Counted from the stretch's first letter, positions 1 to 13,215 are shown. The stretch: 64,000 bases of DNA from Patescibacteria group bacterium (GCA_016861245.1 BOKZ01000001.1:551006-615005); one strand, 5' to 3'. Numbers and translations are program-made. The notes: a model not told the origin generated them from the sequence alone.

Positions 1-1
1 C

Positions 2-1966
2 TTTATCGAAACTCCGTACCGTAAAGTTGAAGTTAAAGATGGCAAAGCCAAAATCACTAGTAAAATTGATTATCTCGATGCCTATAACGAAGAGAAGTAC
101 ACGCTAGCGCCGTTCTCAACCAAAGTCGATAAAAACGGTTACATTACTGGCAATAAAATCGTCGCCCGACGCAACGGTGAGCCGGTTATCGAAGCTGTCA
201 CAAAAATTGATTACGTTGACATCTCACCGCAACAGGTCGTTTCGATCTCAACTGCCTTAATTCCGTTTGTCGAACACGACGAAGCTGTCCGAGCCTCGAT
301 GGGATCGAACATGCAACGCCAAGCCGTACCACTCGTTAAGCCGCAAGCTCCAATTATCGGAACAGGCTTAGAAGGCGCAGTTAAAGATTCTGGACAACTA
401 ATGGTAGCCGATGCTGATGGCGTGGTTACCTACGTTGACGGTGAGAAGATTACAATCAAAACCAAAAATGGCGATAAAACCTACGAACTCTTAAAGTTCG
501 TTCGCTCTAACCAAAGTACCTGTATTAACCAGCGACCAGCAGTGGCGCTCGGCGATAAAGTCAAGGCCGGTCAGGTGATCGCCGACTCAAGCGCATCTGA
601 CGACGGAGAATTAGCAATCGGTCAAAACGTCACCGTCGCTTACATGAGCTGGGGCGGTTACAACTACGAAGACGCTATTATTATTTCCGAACGCCTCGTT
701 AAAGAAGATCGCTTTACCTCGATTCACGTTGAGAAATACTCGTGTGAAGTCCGCGACACTAAACTCGGACCAGAGCTGGTAACGCGTGATATCCCGAACG
801 TCGGTGATGAAGCGCTGTCGAACCTTGACGAACAAGGCATTATCCGTATCGGCGCTGAAGTCGGTAGCGGTAGTATCTTAGTCGGAAAGATCACCCCACG
901 CGGTGAGACGGAACTAACTGCCGAAGAGAAACTACTTCGCGCGATTTTCGGCGAAAAAGCTAAAGATGTTAAAGACACTTCGCTTCGTTTGCCTCACGGT
1001 GAGCGCGGCAAAGTTGTCGAAGTAAAAGTTTTCTCCAAAGGTAACGGCGACGAACTACCAGCTGGTGTTTATCAGCAAATTGAAGTTTCGGTAGCACAGC
1101 TTCGAAAGATTACAGTTGGAGACAAGATGGCTGGCCGACACGGTAACAAAGGCGTTATCTCGCGAACTCTGCCGGAAGCCGACATGCCGTTCCTACCAGA
1201 CGGAACACCAGTTGATATTATCCTCAACCCGCTCGGTGTTATCTCGCGTATGAACCTTGGACAAATTCTTGAAACTCATCTCGGATGGGCTGCTGACAAG
1301 CTCAACTATAAGGTTGCTTCACCGGCGTTCTACGGAACACCTGTTACTGAAATTGAAAAAGAACTTAAAAAAGCCGAGCTACCCGATGACGGTAAGATTC
1401 AGCTTCGCGACGGACGTAACGGAACCGAGTACGATCAGCGAACAACGGTTGGAACTAAGTACGTTCTTAAGTTGATCCACCTAGTTGACGACAAGATGCA
1501 CGCTCGTTCAACTGGTCCGTACTCGATGGTTACGCAACAGCCGCTCGGTGGTAAGGCACAGTTCGGCGGTCAGCGATTCGGTGAAATGGAAGTGTGGGCG
1601 CTCGAAGCGTACGGCGCTGCTCACTCGCTCCAGGAAATCTTAACGATTAAATCCGACGACGTAATCGGACGCGCCAAAGCATACGAGGCGATTATTAAGG
1701 GCGAAGAAATTCAGAAACCTCAAATTCCAGCCTCGTTTGCAGTGTTAGTTCGCGAGCTTCAGAGCCTTTGCTTAAACGTCGAAGTAATCGAAACAGAAGA
1801 CAAATTGAAAGAAATAGAAACAACTCGTTCACTTCTACAGAGCCAGAGTACTCCAGCCCAGTCTATCGATGAGATCGTTAACGCTGAAGTATCTGAGGCT
1901 ACTGTTGAAACCGAAGAAGTTGAAGAACCAGCCGCTCAACCGGTTGCAGAGAAGGAGGACCAATAA
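2..1966 (+). CDS. rpoB: DNA-directed RNA polymerase beta subunit, C-terminal part (5' end lies outside the window)
   Basis: Frame open from window edge; ...[16 protein letters not shown]..., ...[32 protein letters not shown]... beta-subunit motifs; stop overlaps rpoC ATG (TAATG). Confidence 0.95.
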   Translation, partial: FIETPYRKVEVKDGKAKITSKIDYLDAYNEEKYTLAPFSTKVDKNGYITGNKIVARRNGEPVIEAVTKIDYVDISPQQVVSISTALIPFVEHDEAVRASMGSNMQRQAVPLVKPQAPIIGTGLEGAVKDSGQLMVADADGVVTYVDGEKITIKTKNGDKTYELLKFVRSNQSTCINQRPAVALGDKVKAGQVIADSSASDDGELAIGQNVTVAYMSWGGYNYEDAIIISERLVKEDRFTSIHVEKYSCEVRDTKLGPELVTRDIPNVGDEALSNLDEQGIIRIGAEVGSGSILVGKITPRGETELTAEEKLLRAIFGEKAKDVKDTSLRLPHGERGKVVEVKVFSKGNGDELPAGVYQQIEVSVAQLRKITVGDKMAGRHGNKGVISRTLPEADMPFLPDGTPVDIILNPLGVISRMNLGQILETHLGWAADKLNYKVASPAFYGTPVTEIEKELKKAELPDDGKIQLRDGRNGTEYDQRTTVGTKYVLKLIHLVDDKMHARSTGPYSMVTQQPLGGKAQFGGQRFGEMEVWALEAYGAAHSLQEILTIKSDDVIGRAKAYEAIIKGEEIQKPQIPASFAVLVRELQSLCLNVEVIETEDKLKEIETTRSLLQSQSTPAQSIDEIVNAEVSEATVETEEVEEPAAQPVAEKEDQ

Positions 1967-4900
1967 TGGCCGAGTTAAAGATGAGCACCCGGACCGACAA
2001 GCCAGAGTTTAGTCTTCTAAACTTTGAAGGATTGCGTGTTCGTGTTGCCAGCCCGCTTGATATCGAGAAATGGAGCTACGGCGAAGTTCTCAAACCTGAA
2101 ACAATCAACTACCGAACCCAGAAACCAGAACGCGACGGTCTTTTTGACGAGCGCATTTTTGGTCCAACCAAAGATTGGGAGTGTTACTGCGGTAAATATA
2201 AGCGAATTCGCTACAAAGGCGTTATCTGTGATAAATGCGGCGTTGAAGTTACTCGTTCCAGCGTTCGACGCGAACGAATGGGTCATATCGACTTAGCAGT
2301 GCCGGTAGCGCACATTTGGTACGTCCGTGGCGTTCCGTATTGTATCAGCACACTTCTGGACATCTCGGTAACGGATATCGAAAAAGTTGTCTACTTTGCC
2401 AGCTTTGTCATTCTCTCAGTTAATGAAGAGTTAAAAACAGAAGCGCTACAACAGTTGGATGGCGAATTTAAGAATGCTAAAGAGCAGCTTAAAGATTCTC
2501 CAGAACGCCTCGAGCAATTGGAAGCGAATTATAAAGCTACCAAATCTGAGTTAAACTCGCTCGAAGCTAACGCAGTTATTAGCGAAGGTAAGTATCACGA
2601 GCTATCGCTTCGCTTCGGTAATATTATTAAAGTTGGTATTGGCGCCGAGGCTATCCTCGAGTTATTGAAAAAAGTTGATCTCGACGAACAGATCTCGATT
2701 GTTAAGCAAGAACTATTAGTTGCCGCACCAAACGCAATTCGCCGCTTAACCAAGCGCTTGCGAATGTTAACCGATCTTAAACTCGCTGGTTTACGACCGG
2801 AGTGGTTTATCATCAACAAACTTCCAGTTCTGCCACCAGATCTTCGCCCGATGGTCCAGCTCGACGGCGGCCGATTTGCCTCGTCAGACTTAAACGATCT
2901 TTACCGACGAGTTATCAACCGAAACAATCGACTAAAGCGCCTGATGAACCAAAGTGCGCCGGACGTTATCGCTCGAAACGAAAAGCGGATGCTACAAGAA
3001 GCGGTAGACGCCTTAATCGACAACTCTGCACGAAAAACCCAAGCTACAACAGTTGGACGTCAGCCACGATCGCTCTCAGACATGCTTCGCGGTAAACAGG
3101 GACGATTCCGACAAAACCTCTTAGGTAAGCGCGTCGACTATTCCGGTCGATCGGTTATCGTTGTCGGTCCAAATCTTAAGCTCGATCAGTGCGGCCTGCC
3201 AAAAGTGATGGCGCTCGAGCTTTTCAAGCCGTTTGTTATCTCACGACTTATTAACGAGCAGTACGTGCACAACGTTAAAAACGCTGCTCGATTGATCGAA
3301 CGCGGTACTCCAGAAGTTTGGGAGATTCTCGAAGAAGTTACGAAAGATTCGTACGTGCTGTTAAACCGTGCTCCAACGCTCCACCGTTTAGGAATTCAAG
3401 CTTTTAAGCCAATTCTTATCGAAGGAAAAGCGATCCAGTTACACCCGCTTGTCTGTGCGGCTTACAACGCCGACTTCGACGGCGACCAAATGGCTGTTCA
3501 CGTTCCGCTCTCTGCGATGGCTCGTTACGAGGCGCGCGAGTTAATGAATGCTAAGAACAACCTACTTAAACCTTCTTCAGGAGAACCGCTCGTTTCGCCG
3601 CGACTTGATATTGTTTTTGGCCTCTTCTACCTTACTAACGCCAAAAAAGGTGTTGCTGGCGAAGGTAAATTCTTCGCATCGTTTGACGAAGTGGAGCAAG
3701 CGTACGCTCGAGGAGATCTTCACCCACAAGCCGAGATTAAAGTCCGTACCGCTAGCGGTGAGCGTCTTGAAACCACTGTCGGTCGGGTGATGGTCAATAA
3801 CGTCTTCCCAGAAGGCTATAAGTTTGTGAACGAACCGCTCGATACCAAGAAAATCAAATCTGTCATGCGTGAGATCTACAAACTTCACGGTCGCGACGCT
3901 ACCTCCAAATTAGCTGACGATTTAATGCAGCTCGGTTTCCGCTTCTCTGAGAAATCAGGTATGACGATGTCAATTTTCGACATCAACATCCCAGAAGTTA
4001 AAGAAGCGATGATCAAACAAGGTGAAGATGCGATCGAAGAGATTGCCAAGCGTTACCGACGTGGTCTTATTACCGACGAAGAGCGCAAAAAACTCTCGAT
4101 CGAGAAATGGACTGAAATCCGTAACAAGATGGAGAAGGAAGTTAAGGAGTCGTTCGACAAGAACTCGTCGATTTGGACGATGGTTACTTCCGGTGCCCGT
4201 GGCTCTTCCAACCAGTTAGTGCAGCTAGCTGGTATGAAAGGACTGGTGGTTAACCCATCTGGTTCGATTATCGATGTTCCGATTACTTCTAACTATAAAG
4301 AAGGTCTTTCTGTCCTTGAGTACTTCATCTCCACGCACGGCTCGCGTAAAGGTAAGTCCGACACCTCACTTAAAACTGCAGATGCTGGATATCTAACGCG
4401 TCGACTCGTTGATGTCTCGCAGGATCTAGTAATTACCACAGAAGATTGCGGTACTACCAATGGCATGACCGTTGTTGAGTCCGAGTCGGCCGAGTACGGC
4501 GAAACCTACGAGGAGCGTCTCGTTGGTCGAGTTACTTTGGAGGCAATTAAAGGTAAAAACGGCAAAGCGATCCTTAAAGCCGGAGAGCTCATTGCCGAAG
4601 ATCATATCGCCGAGATTATCGAAAACGGCGTTACTGAGGTTAAGGTCCGATCTGTACTTCACTGTAAAGCCGAGTGGGGCATCTGCCAGAAGTGTTACGG
4701 ACGCGATCTATCAACAGGCGAGCTCGTAGCCGAAGGCGCGGCCGTCGGTATTATGGCAGCGCAAGCGATCGGTGAGCCAGGTACACAGCTGACGATGAAA
4801 ACCTTCCACATGGGAGGCGTTTCTGTCGGTGACATTACCTCTGGTTTGCCACGCGTCGAAGAGATCTTCGAAGCACGACCGCCGCACGGCTCCGCTGTAT

Positions 4901-5817
4901 TGTCTGAAATCGCCGGTAAAGTCGTTATCCACGAAACCAAAGAGCGCTTGTATATCGACGTTGTCTCAGCCGATATTCCAACCGAGGAATTCGAGCTAAT
5001 CGAAGATTACACCGCTTCCGTAAAAGACAAAGATATCATCAAGGCCAAGCAAGCGATCGCAACCGCACCAGATAAAAAAGCGATGCGCGCTTCGATCGGC
5101 GGACGAGTCGATATTAAGGGTAAAAAGATTACTGTTACTTCGCTCGAACCAACCAAGGCGAGTTACCTGGTTTCAGGTGATGTTGGTCTTAAAGTTAAAA
5201 ACGGCGATACCGTTGAAGTCGGTCAGCAGCTCACCGAGGGTCACGTCGATCCGAACCAGTCGCTCGATCTGCGCGGCGTCAGCAAAACTCAGGACTACAT
5301 TATTAAAGAAGTCCAGAATATCTACTCGTCGCACGGCGCAGGCGTTAACGAAAAACACATCGAGATTATCGCTCGTTGTATGTTCTCGCGTGTTCGATTA
5401 ATCGACGGCGGCGACTCAACGCTTCTTCGCGGACAAGTTGTCAGCAAGCTCGAAATCGATCGAATGAACGAGAAACTTGCCAAAGAAGGCAAGCGACATA
5501 TTCAATACGAACAGATTATCTTGGGTATTACCCGCGCCTCGTTACAAACAAATAGCTTCCTATCAGCCGCTTCATTCCAAGAAACAACCCGCGTTTTGAT
5601 CGAAGCAGCTATTCAAGGCGCTGTCGATCCGCTTCGAGGTCTAAAAGAGAACGTTATCATCGGTAAACTTATCCCAGCCGGAACCGGATTTATGGATGAA
5701 GCCGATGTTCGTGTCATCAACGACGCTTACCAGGCCACAATTCCACAGCCGTTACCAGTTGGCATCGACACTACCGCCGAGGAGCAAACGGTTGAGCCAA
5801 AGAAGGAAAAAGAGTAA
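1966..5817 (+). CDS. rpoC: DNA-directed RNA polymerase beta' subunit
   Basis: 1283 aa; Zn-finger [37 protein letters not shown] catalytic motif. Confidence 0.96.
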   Translation: MAELKMSTRTDKPEFSLLNFEGLRVRVASPLDIEKWSYGEVLKPETINYRTQKPERDGLFDERIFGPTKDWECYCGKYKRIRYKGVICDKCGVEVTRSSVRRERMGHIDLAVPVAHIWYVRGVPYCISTLLDISVTDIEKVVYFASFVILSVNEELKTEALQQLDGEFKNAKEQLKDSPERLEQLEANYKATKSELNSLEANAVISEGKYHELSLRFGNIIKVGIGAEAILELLKKVDLDEQISIVKQELLVAAPNAIRRLTKRLRMLTDLKLAGLRPEWFIINKLPVLPPDLRPMVQLDGGRFASSDLNDLYRRVINRNNRLKRLMNQSAPDVIARNEKRMLQEAVDALIDNSARKTQATTVGRQPRSLSDMLRGKQGRFRQNLLGKRVDYSGRSVIVVGPNLKLDQCGLPKVMALELFKPFVISRLINEQYVHNVKNAARLIERGTPEVWEILEEVTKDSYVLLNRAPTLHRLGIQAFKPILIEGKAIQLHPLVCAAYNADFDGDQMAVHVPLSAMARYEARELMNAKNNLLKPSSGEPLVSPRLDIVFGLFYLTNAKKGVAGEGKFFASFDEVEQAYARGDLHPQAEIKVRTASGERLETTVGRVMVNNVFPEGYKFVNEPLDTKKIKSVMREIYKLHGRDATSKLADDLMQLGFRFSEKSGMTMSIFDINIPEVKEAMIKQGEDAIEEIAKRYRRGLITDEERKKLSIEKWTEIRNKMEKEVKESFDKNSSIWTMVTSGARGSSNQLVQLAGMKGLVVNPSGSIIDVPITSNYKEGLSVLEYFISTHGSRKGKSDTSLKTADAGYLTRRLVDVSQDLVITTEDCGTTNGMTVVESESAEYGETYEERLVGRVTLEAIKGKNGKAILKAGELIAEDHIAEIIENGVTEVKVRSVLHCKAEWGICQKCYGRDLSTGELVAEGAAVGIMAAQAIGEPGTQLTMKTFHMGGVSVGDITSGLPRVEEIFEARPPHGSAVLSEIAGKVVIHETKERLYIDVVSADIPTEEFELIEDYTASVKDKDIIKAKQAIATAPDKKAMRASIGGRVDIKGKKITVTSLEPTKASYLVSGDVGLKVKNGDTVEVGQQLTEGHVDPNQSLDLRGVSKTQDYIIKEVQNIYSSHGAGVNEKHIEIIARCMFSRVRLIDGGDSTLLRGQVVSKLEIDRMNEKLAKEGKRHIQYEQIILGITRASLQTNSFLSAASFQETTRVLIEAAIQGAVDPLRGLKENVIIGKLIPAGTGFMDEADVRVINDAYQATIPQPLPVGIDTTAEEQTVEPKKEKE

Positions 5818-5828
5818 ACTATCAACTA

Positions 5829-6242
5829 ATGCCAACAATCAATCAGTTAATTAGGCGCCCACGAAAACAGATTAAGGTGAAATCAAAATCACCAGCGATG
5901 CATCGTGGATTTAATAGTCTCAAAAACCGACCGGTCGAAATTACTAAAGGCCGGCCGTTTCTTCGTGGTGTTTGTACGAAAGTTACCACCACAACCCCTA
6001 AAAAACCGAACTCAGCCTTGCGAAAAATTGCTCGTGTTCGCTTAACCAGCGGCCAAGAAGTTACTGCTTACATTCCAGGAATCAAGCACAACCTTCAAGA
6101 GCACTCGTTGGTACTAATCCGTGGTGGTCGTGTTAAAGATTTGCCTGGTGTGAAATACCATATCGTTCGCGGTGTCTTAAACGCCGAAGGCGTTGAAAAC
6201 CGCAAACAAGGTCGCAGTAAGTACGGAGCTAAGAAAAAGTAA
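5829..6242 (+). CDS. rpsL: 30S ribosomal protein S12
   Basis: [13 protein letters not shown]... 137 aa; canonical position after rpoC. Confidence 0.95.
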   Translation: MPTINQLIRRPRKQIKVKSKSPAMHRGFNSLKNRPVEITKGRPFLRGVCTKVTTTTPKKPNSALRKIARVRLTSGQEVTAYIPGIKHNLQEHSLVLIRGGRVKDLPGVKYHIVRGVLNAEGVENRKQGRSKYGAKKK

Positions 6243-6715
6243 TGCGTGGACGAAGTAAAATCAAAAAACCAGCCCTCGTTCTTGATCCAAAATATCAAGA
6301 TGTCTTGATCTCGAAACTCATAAATAAAGTGATGTGGGGCGGCAAAAAGACTACAGCTCAAGGTATTGTTTACAGCGCCCTAGAGCGATTAGCCGAAGAA
6401 CAGCAAACCGAACCACGCACTGTGCTGCGAGATATTATCGATAAAGCCGCTCCAATTTTGGAAGTTCGTTCTCGTCGTGTTGGCGGCGCAACCTACCAGG
6501 TTCCAGTTGAAGTTAAGCCAAGCCGTAAAAATGTGTTGGTAATCCGCTGGCTGTTAGAAGTTGCTCGCAAGCAGCAGGGAAAATCGATGGAAGAGCTGTT
6601 GTATCAAGAGATGAAAAACATTCTTGAGAATACTGGCTCAGTTATGAAAAAGCGCGAAGACTTACACAAAATGGCCGAAGCCAACCGAGCATTCGCTCAC
6701 TTCGCTCGCTACTAA
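6242..6715 (+). CDS. rpsG: 30S ribosomal protein S7
   Basis: 157 aa, S7 N-terminal signature; start overlaps rpsL stop. Confidence 0.95.
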   Translation: MRGRSKIKKPALVLDPKYQDVLISKLINKVMWGGKKTTAQGIVYSALERLAEEQQTEPRTVLRDIIDKAAPILEVRSRRVGGATYQVPVEVKPSRKNVLVIRWLLEVARKQQGKSMEELLYQEMKNILENTGSVMKKREDLHKMAEANRAFAHFARY

Positions 6716-6880
6716 ATGAAAATGAAAACGATCACAGCTATTCTATTGCTAGTAGTGGAGTTTATGCTCTTTTTTATCGCCGTTGAACCGCTTTGGGCAA
6801 AGGTAGTTGCAATAATCCTGCTCGGGATAGTCATCTTCCTAGCCGTCACCGACAAAAGCGAAAATAAGTTAAATCAGTAA
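6716..6880 (+). CDS. small hydrophobic protein (54 aa, two predicted TM helices) between rpsG and fusA
   Basis: ATG immediately after rpsG TAA; MKMKTITAILLLVVEFMLFFIAVEPLWAKVVAIILLGIVIFLAVTDKSENKLNQ; absent from ORF track because <60 aa; fusA RBS follows. Confidence 0.35.
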   Translation: MKMKTITAILLLVVEFMLFFIAVEPLWAKVVAIILLGIVIFLAVTDKSENKLNQ

Positions 6881-6889
6881 GGGAGATAC

Positions 6890-8980
6890 ATGGCACGACA
6901 ATATCCACTCGAGCGCGTCCGTAATATCGGCATTATCGCTCACATCGACGCCGGTAAAACTACTGTTTCAGAGCGTATTCTGTTTTACACCGGTAAAAAC
7001 TACAAAATCGGCGAAGTGCATGAGGGTGCGGCCACGATGGACTGGATGGAACAAGAGCAAGAGCGCGGTATCACTATTACCGCCGCGGCTACTACTTGTT
7101 TTTGGAAAGATAACTCAATCAACATTATCGACACGCCGGGTCACATCGATTTTACTATCGAAGTTCAGCGCTCACTACGCGTGCTAGACGGTGCTGTTAC
7201 CGTTTTCGACGGCGTTGCGGGTGTAGAAGCGCAAAGCGAAACTGTTTGGCGACAAGCCGACAAGTACAAAGTTCCGCGAATTTGCTTTGTTAATAAACTC
7301 GATCGTATCGGCGCCGATTTTAAATTTGTCGTTAAAACGATCCAAGATCGTTTAGGCGCTAAAACCGCTGTGATTCAACTACCGATCGGTCAAGAAGACC
7401 AACTTAAAGGGGTGGTAGATTTACTCGAAAATAAAGCCGTTGTCTGGAAAGATGATTTAGGTAAGGATCCGATCGTCGAAGACATCCCGGCGGATATGAA
7501 AGACGAAGTCGAGGAGTATCGAAGTAAGCTCATCGAGCAGATTGCTGAAACAGACGAAGTACTTCTCGAAAAGTATTTTGCCGGCGAAGAGCTAACGGTA
7601 GCCGAGTTAAAGGCGGCGCTGCGAAAAGCTGTGATAGCTGTTCAAGTTTTCCCAGTTTTAGCTGGTTCGGCGCTTAAAAACAAAGGCGTTCAAACGATGC
7701 TTGATGCGGTTATCGACTACCTACCGAGTCCGCTCGACGTCCCGGCGCCGCACGGTACCGATGTTAAAGACCCAGAGAAAGTTATTGAGCGAAAAGTCGA
7801 CGACTCCGAGCCGTTCACAGCCCTGGCGTTTAAAGTTGCAACCGACCCGTTTGTTGGCTCGCTAACATTCTTCCGCGTTTATGCCGGCAAAATTACTGCC
7901 GGTTCGTATGTATTAAATAGTTCCAAAGGCGAGAAAGAGCGCGTTGGTCGCATTGTTCGTCTTCACGCTAACTCACGCGAAGACGTTACCGAAGTTTACG
8001 CCGGCGAAATCGCCGCCGCGGTTGGCTTGAAGAACTCAACAACAGGAGACACGCTTTGCGCCGAGAACGCTCCGATTATTCTCGAGCGAATTAACGTTCC
8101 GGAACCAGTTATTAAAATGTCGATCGAGCCAAAAACCAAGGCCGATCAAGAAAAAATGGGCGTGGCGCTACAACGCTTAGCTGCCGAGGACCCGACTCTT
8201 CGCTTAAGCCAAGACGAGACAACTAACCAAACCTTGATCGAAGGTATGGGCGAGCTTCACTTGGATATTATTGTCGATCGCATGCGACGTGAGTTTGGTG
8301 TTGAAGCTACGAAAGGTCAGCCGCAGGTTGCCTTCAAAGAAGCGATTACCCGAGTCGTTAAACAAGAAGGTAAGTACGTTAAACAAACCGGTGGTCGCGG
8401 TCAGTACGGCCACGTCTGGCTCGAGATCGAACCGCAAGAGCGCGGTAAGGGCTTTGAGTTTGTGAATAAAGTTGTCGGTGGCGCGATCCCACGCGAGTTT
8501 ATTTCTTCTGTCGAAAAAGGCGTTAAAGACTCTGTTTCCAAAGGTGTTATCGCCGGGTATCCGCTCGTTGACGTTAAAGTTACCGTTTACGATGGTTCGT
8601 ACCACGACGTCGACTCTTCAGACGTCGCGTTCCAAATCGCTGCTTCGATGGCGATGAAAGACGGCGTCAAAGCCGCCGGCCCGGTTCTACTTGAGCCAGT
8701 TATGAAAGTCGAAGTTACAACTCCAGAAGAGTTCTTTGGCTCGATCGTCGGCGATCTTAATAGTCGCCGTGGCCGCATTATGGGCTCTGAAGACCGCGGC
8801 AACTCTCGAGTAGTTGATGCAATGATTCCGCTCGCTGAGATGTTTGGTTACATCACCGATCTACGCGGCATGAGCCAAGGCCGAGCCAGCTTCACAATGG
8901 AATTTGACCATTACGAAGAGGTTCCACGCAATATCGCCGAGGGAATAATTGGCAAATCTGGTGCTAAAGCCGCTGCGTAA
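6890..8980 (+). CDS. fusA: elongation factor G
   Basis: 696 aa; [10 protein letters not shown]1 motif; RBS GGGAGA upstream. Confidence 0.96.
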   Translation: MARQYPLERVRNIGIIAHIDAGKTTVSERILFYTGKNYKIGEVHEGAATMDWMEQEQERGITITAAATTCFWKDNSINIIDTPGHIDFTIEVQRSLRVLDGAVTVFDGVAGVEAQSETVWRQADKYKVPRICFVNKLDRIGADFKFVVKTIQDRLGAKTAVIQLPIGQEDQLKGVVDLLENKAVVWKDDLGKDPIVEDIPADMKDEVEEYRSKLIEQIAETDEVLLEKYFAGEELTVAELKAALRKAVIAVQVFPVLAGSALKNKGVQTMLDAVIDYLPSPLDVPAPHGTDVKDPEKVIERKVDDSEPFTALAFKVATDPFVGSLTFFRVYAGKITAGSYVLNSSKGEKERVGRIVRLHANSREDVTEVYAGEIAAAVGLKNSTTGDTLCAENAPIILERINVPEPVIKMSIEPKTKADQEKMGVALQRLAAEDPTLRLSQDETTNQTLIEGMGELHLDIIVDRMRREFGVEATKGQPQVAFKEAITRVVKQEGKYVKQTGGRGQYGHVWLEIEPQERGKGFEFVNKVVGGAIPREFISSVEKGVKDSVSKGVIAGYPLVDVKVTVYDGSYHDVDSSDVAFQIAASMAMKDGVKAAGPVLLEPVMKVEVTTPEEFFGSIVGDLNSRRGRIMGSEDRGNSRVVDAMIPLAEMFGYITDLRGMSQGRASFTMEFDHYEEVPRNIAEGIIGKSGAKAAA

Positions 8981-8989
8981 CCACTGCCC

Positions 8990-9019
8990 TTGACCGGGAT
9001 ATGGTTTAAGCAGTAAAAT
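8990..9019 (+). promoter_or_regulatory. candidate sigma70 promoter for tuf (TTGACC-18-TAAAAT)
   Basis: -35/-10 hexamers read directly in fusA-tuf spacer. Confidence 0.3.
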
Positions 9020-9079
9020 GTATCAGAAACTAACTAATAATAAAAACATAAATATAAGGTTTAAGTAAAAGGAGTACGC

Positions 9080-10261
9080 ATGGCAGCAACATTCGAACGC
9101 ACAAAGCCGCACGTCAACGTTGGTACCATCGGTCACGTCGACCACGGTAAAACTACGTTAACGGCAGCTATCACAAACACACTCGCCGACAAGGGTTGGG
9201 CAGAGAAGAAGGCAGTCGATCAGATCGACAACGCCCCAGAGGAAAAGCAGCGCGGTATTACTATCGCGACGTATCACGTTGAGTACGAGTCAGAGAAACG
9301 ACACTACGCTCACGTCGACTGTCCGGGACACGCCGACTACGTTAAGAACATGATTACCGGTGCCGCTCAAATGGACGCCGCTATTCTCGTGGTGTCTGCT
9401 CCAGACGGTCCGATGCCACAAACTCGTGAGCACATTCTGCTTGCGAAGCAGGTTGGCGTTCCGTACATTGTTGTTTTCTTAAACAAGTGCGACCAAGTTT
9501 CTGATCCAGATCTTCTCGAGCTCGTTGAAGAAGAAGTTCGCGATCTTTTAAACAAGTACGAGTACCCAGGCAAAGACACACCAATTATTAAGGGCTCAGC
9601 TCTTAAGGCTATCGAAGGCGACGCCGACGCTAAGAAAGCAATCTTCGATCTTATCGAAGCGCTCGACTCTTACGTTCCAGAGCCAGTTCGCGAAACCGAC
9701 AAACCTTTCTTAATGCCAGTTGAAGACGTCTTCTCAATCAAGGGACGCGGCACAGTTGTTACCGGTCGTGTTGAGCGCGGTACCGTTAAAGTTGGTGAAG
9801 AAGTTGAAGTTGTCGGATTGAATGACACTAAGAAAACAGTTGTTACCGGAGTAGAAATGTTCCGCAAGCAGCTCGATTCTGGTCAAGCTGGCGATAACGT
9901 TGGTCTTCTTGTTCGTGGCTTAGAGCGCACAGATGTTGAGCGCGGCCAGGTTCTTTGTAAGCCAGGTTCGATTACTCCACACACCGAGTTCGAAGCTGAG
10001 TGTTACATCCTTAAAAAGGAAGAAGGCGGACGACACACACCGTTCACCAAGGGTTACAAGCCTCAGTTCTACTTCCGAACCACTGATGTGACCGGAGAAG
10101 TTGAGCTTCCAGGCGACGCCGAGATGGTTGTCCCAGGCGACACCACAACCTTCAAAGTTAAACTCATCCAGCCAATCGCGATGGAAGAGAAGCTCCGCTT
10201 CGCTATCCGCGAAGGTGGTAAGACGGTTGGTGCCGGAATTGTCACCAAAATTATCAAATAA
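9080..10261 (+). CDS. tuf: elongation factor Tu
   Basis: 393 aa; [18 protein letters not shown]; RBS AAAGGAG. Confidence 0.97.
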   Translation: MAATFERTKPHVNVGTIGHVDHGKTTLTAAITNTLADKGWAEKKAVDQIDNAPEEKQRGITIATYHVEYESEKRHYAHVDCPGHADYVKNMITGAAQMDAAILVVSAPDGPMPQTREHILLAKQVGVPYIVVFLNKCDQVSDPDLLELVEEEVRDLLNKYEYPGKDTPIIKGSALKAIEGDADAKKAIFDLIEALDSYVPEPVRETDKPFLMPVEDVFSIKGRGTVVTGRVERGTVKVGEEVEVVGLNDTKKTVVTGVEMFRKQLDSGQAGDNVGLLVRGLERTDVERGQVLCKPGSITPHTEFEAECYILKKEEGGRHTPFTKGYKPQFYFRTTDVTGEVELPGDAEMVVPGDTTTFKVKLIQPIAMEEKLRFAIREGGKTVGAGIVTKIIK

Positions 10262-10283
10262 GTAGGGAAGGAATTGTACTTTA

Positions 10284-10616
10284 ATGGCCCAAAAGACCGC
10301 TCGCGAAGCTGCCAAATCCAGTATCCGCATCAAGCTTAAAGCGTACGATTACAGAGTAATTGATCGTTCCGCCAAGAAAATTATCGAGGCGGCCGAGCGG
10401 ACCGGTGCCATTATCGCCGGACCTATTCCGTTACCAACCGAGAAATCGATGGTAACGGTCAATCGCTCCACGTTTGTTCACAAGGATGCTCGTGAACAGT
10501 TCGAAATCCGTATTCACAAACGCATCATCGACGTCTTGGATCCAAATCCAAAAACCCTTGATGCCTTGATGAACCTCGATCTTCCAGCTGGTGTCGACAT
10601 CGAAATCAAGACATAA
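10284..10616 (+). CDS. rpsJ: 30S ribosomal protein S10
   Basis: 110 aa; IRIKLKAYD... S10 signature. Confidence 0.95.
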   Translation: MAQKTAREAAKSSIRIKLKAYDYRVIDRSAKKIIEAAERTGAIIAGPIPLPTEKSMVTVNRSTFVHKDAREQFEIRIHKRIIDVLDPNPKTLDALMNLDLPAGVDIEIKT

Positions 10617-10641
10617 CAAGATTGATCTGAAACGCAAAAAG

Positions 10642-10665
10642 TCCGCTCTGGTGAGCGGGCTTTTT
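10642..10665 (+). terminator. intrinsic terminator after rpsJ
   Basis: hairpin TCCGCTC-TGGT-GAGCGGG followed by CTTTTTGT. Confidence 0.55.
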
Positions 10666-10702
10666 GTAATATAAACCATAAAAGTAGTAAAATACTGAGG
10701 AA

Positions 10703-13213
10703 ATGAAGGAAGCAAAGTCGCGAATAAAAATAAACAAACTGCTTGAACAAGCGGGCTGGCGATTTTTTGATAATGAAAAAGGACAAGCAAACATTTTGCT
10801 TGAACCGAATGTAAAACTTACCCAAAAAGATATTGACGCTTTTGGCGAGGATTTTGAATGTACCAAAGGCGGATTTATTGATTTTCTACTGCTTGATGAG
10901 CGAGGATTTCCATTTGTCGTTTTGGAAGCGAAAAAAGAGGAAAAAGACCCGCTCGACGGCAAGGAACAAGCGCGCCGCTATGCTAAATCTCAAAATGCCC
11001 GCTTTGTTTTGCTTTCAAACGGCAATCTTCACTATTTTTGGGATTTAGAGCGAGGCAATCCGGAAATTATCACAGAATTTCCGACACAAGAATCACTCTT
11101 GCACCGCTTGGAATTTACGCCGGACAACAAACGCCTCGCCGACAACAAGGTTGAAGAGGATTACATTGCCACGACGCAAAATCCAAATTTCAAAGATGAT
11201 CCTCGTTACCAAGATGAAGCGAAAAGAGCGCAATTTCTCTACGACGAGGGTTTGCGCATTTTGCGTCCGTATCAGCTTAAAGCTATCCAAGCCCTGCAAA
11301 GAAGTGCGGAAGCCGGAAACGACCGTTTTCTTTTTGAAATGGCAACTGGCACAGGCAAAACACTTGTATCTGGTGCCGTCATCAAACTATTTTTACGAAC
11401 CGGAAGTGCAAAAAGGATTTTGTTTTTGGTGGATCGCTTGGAACTTGAAGATCAGGCATACAAAAATTTCGTCCGTTACCTTAAAAACGACTACACGGCT
11501 GTTGTCTACAAGCAAAATCGCGATGATTGGAAAAAAGCGGACATCGTTATTTCAACCGTTCAAAGTCTTGCCTCGCAAGCCAAATACAAGAAACTTTTTT
11601 CGCCGACAGATTTTGATCTTATTATTTCCGACGAAGCGCACCGCTCAATCAGCGGAAACAGCCGCGCTGTCTTTGAATATTTTGTTGGCTATAAACTCGG
11701 ACTTACTGCAACGCCAAAAGATTATCTAAAAAATGTTGATCCGCAAAAACTTTCGTCAAAAGACCCGCGAGCGTGGGAGCGCAGACAACTTTTGGACACT
11801 TACACAACCTTTGGCTGTCCGAGCGGCGAACCAACATTCAGATACACTCTGCTTGATGGAGTAAAAGATGGCTACCTCATCAATCCTATCGCTGTTGACG
11901 CGCGCACCGACATCACAACAGAGCTTCTTTCGGAAAAGGGTTATGCCGTTATGGTGGAAAACGAGGAAGGCGAAGAAACCGAAGAAACTTTTTTCCAACG
12001 CGATTTTGAGAAAAAATTCTTTTCAGACAAAACGAATCAGGTGTTTTGCAAATCCATTGTTGAAAACGCCTTGAAAGACCCGATAAGCGGCGAGATGGGT
12101 AAAACGCTTATTTTTTGCGTGAGCCAAAAACACGCTTCAAAAATTACACAAACCTTAAACCAGATGGCGCACCAAGTATGGCCAGACAAATATAATTCTG
12201 ATTTTGCCGTTCAAATTACCTCAAACATTCAGGATTCCCAGCAAATGACGATCAATTTCGCCAACAATAATCTCAACGGACACACGAAATTTTTACCCGG
12301 CTACAAATCAAGCAAAACAAGGGTATGCGTTACCGTCGGCATGATGACGACCGGCTATGATTGTGAAGATATTTTGAACCTTGCCCTACTGCGTCCCGTC
12401 TTTTCGCCAACGGATTTTGTTCAGATGAAAGGACGCGGCACTCGCAAGTTCTTTTTTGAATACAAAAATGGAGACGGCGAAGTGCGAAAAGTAAATAAAG
12501 ATAAATTTAAGTTTTTCGATTTCTTCGCCAACTTTGAATACTTTGAAGAAAAGTTTGATTACGACGAGGCACTTCGCCTGCCGATTATCAAAAAGGGTGG
12601 AACCGGCGAGGGCGAAGGAGTGGGCGTTAATATTGATGAATTTGAAATTTTCGATCCCGATAAAATCAAGCAGCTGACCGAGATACCAATCGGCACCGAA
12701 GGAATGAAGGTTGACCGCAAGTTGTTTGAAGAAGCGAGAAAGAAAATCCAGAATGACGAACAAGTAAAAGAAGCAGTTAATCAAGAGCAATGGGAAAAAG
12801 CGGTAAAAATCTTGCGTGACAAATACGAAGACAAACCGCAATTATTTCTGAATCTTGAAAAAATACGCAAAAGCGAAAACCTTGACCGCCGTTTGTCGTG
12901 GCGTGAATTTTTGGAGCGGGTATTCGGCTTGATTGACGCTTTCAAATCCAAAGATGAAAAACTAGAAGAAGAAGTTGAGAAGTTTATCTCAATCTACAAA
13001 CCCGAAAGTAAATATGTGCCGTATATCAGAAATTACTTGAAGGCGTATGTTGCAGATGATCGTTTCCGCGAGATTATAAACAGCAAACATTTTGCCGAGC
13101 TGAATGTGTATCCGGGATTTTCCATGCAGGAATTTAAGGCACTCAACGGCTGGCGCGATACCGTGCCGGAATATGTAAAAGATTATGTGCCAGTCAATCA
13201 ATACATGAAATAA
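10703..13213 (+). CDS. hsdR: type I restriction enzyme R subunit (N-terminal PD-(D/E)xK nuclease + SF2 DEAH helicase)
   Basis: 836 aa; FIDFLLLDERGFPFVVLEAKK nuclease core; helicase motifs EMATGTGKT (I), ISDEAHRS (II), LTATP (III), QMKGRGTR (VI); tightly followed by hsdM. Confidence 0.85.
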   Translation: MKEAKSRIKINKLLEQAGWRFFDNEKGQANILLEPNVKLTQKDIDAFGEDFECTKGGFIDFLLLDERGFPFVVLEAKKEEKDPLDGKEQARRYAKSQNARFVLLSNGNLHYFWDLERGNPEIITEFPTQESLLHRLEFTPDNKRLADNKVEEDYIATTQNPNFKDDPRYQDEAKRAQFLYDEGLRILRPYQLKAIQALQRSAEAGNDRFLFEMATGTGKTLVSGAVIKLFLRTGSAKRILFLVDRLELEDQAYKNFVRYLKNDYTAVVYKQNRDDWKKADIVISTVQSLASQAKYKKLFSPTDFDLIISDEAHRSISGNSRAVFEYFVGYKLGLTATPKDYLKNVDPQKLSSKDPRAWERRQLLDTYTTFGCPSGEPTFRYTLLDGVKDGYLINPIAVDARTDITTELLSEKGYAVMVENEEGEETEETFFQRDFEKKFFSDKTNQVFCKSIVENALKDPISGEMGKTLIFCVSQKHASKITQTLNQMAHQVWPDKYNSDFAVQITSNIQDSQQMTINFANNNLNGHTKFLPGYKSSKTRVCVTVGMMTTGYDCEDILNLALLRPVFSPTDFVQMKGRGTRKFFFEYKNGDGEVRKVNKDKFKFFDFFANFEYFEEKFDYDEALRLPIIKKGGTGEGEGVGVNIDEFEIFDPDKIKQLTEIPIGTEGMKVDRKLFEEARKKIQNDEQVKEAVNQEQWEKAVKILRDKYEDKPQLFLNLEKIRKSENLDRRLSWREFLERVFGLIDAFKSKDEKLEEEVEKFISIYKPESKYVPYIRNYLKAYVADDRFREIINSKHFAELNVYPGFSMQEFKALNGWRDTVPEYVKDYVPVNQYMK

Positions 13214-13215
13214 CT

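Noticed and set aside
299-10333. Numerous 60-140-aa track ORFs inside and antisense to rpoB, rpoC, fusA and tuf (e.g. 611..835-, 2017..2286-, 8204..8605-, 9920..10333-)
   Set aside because: They are embedded in highly conserved long genes, lack RBSs and have biased composition. These are typical shadow ORFs.
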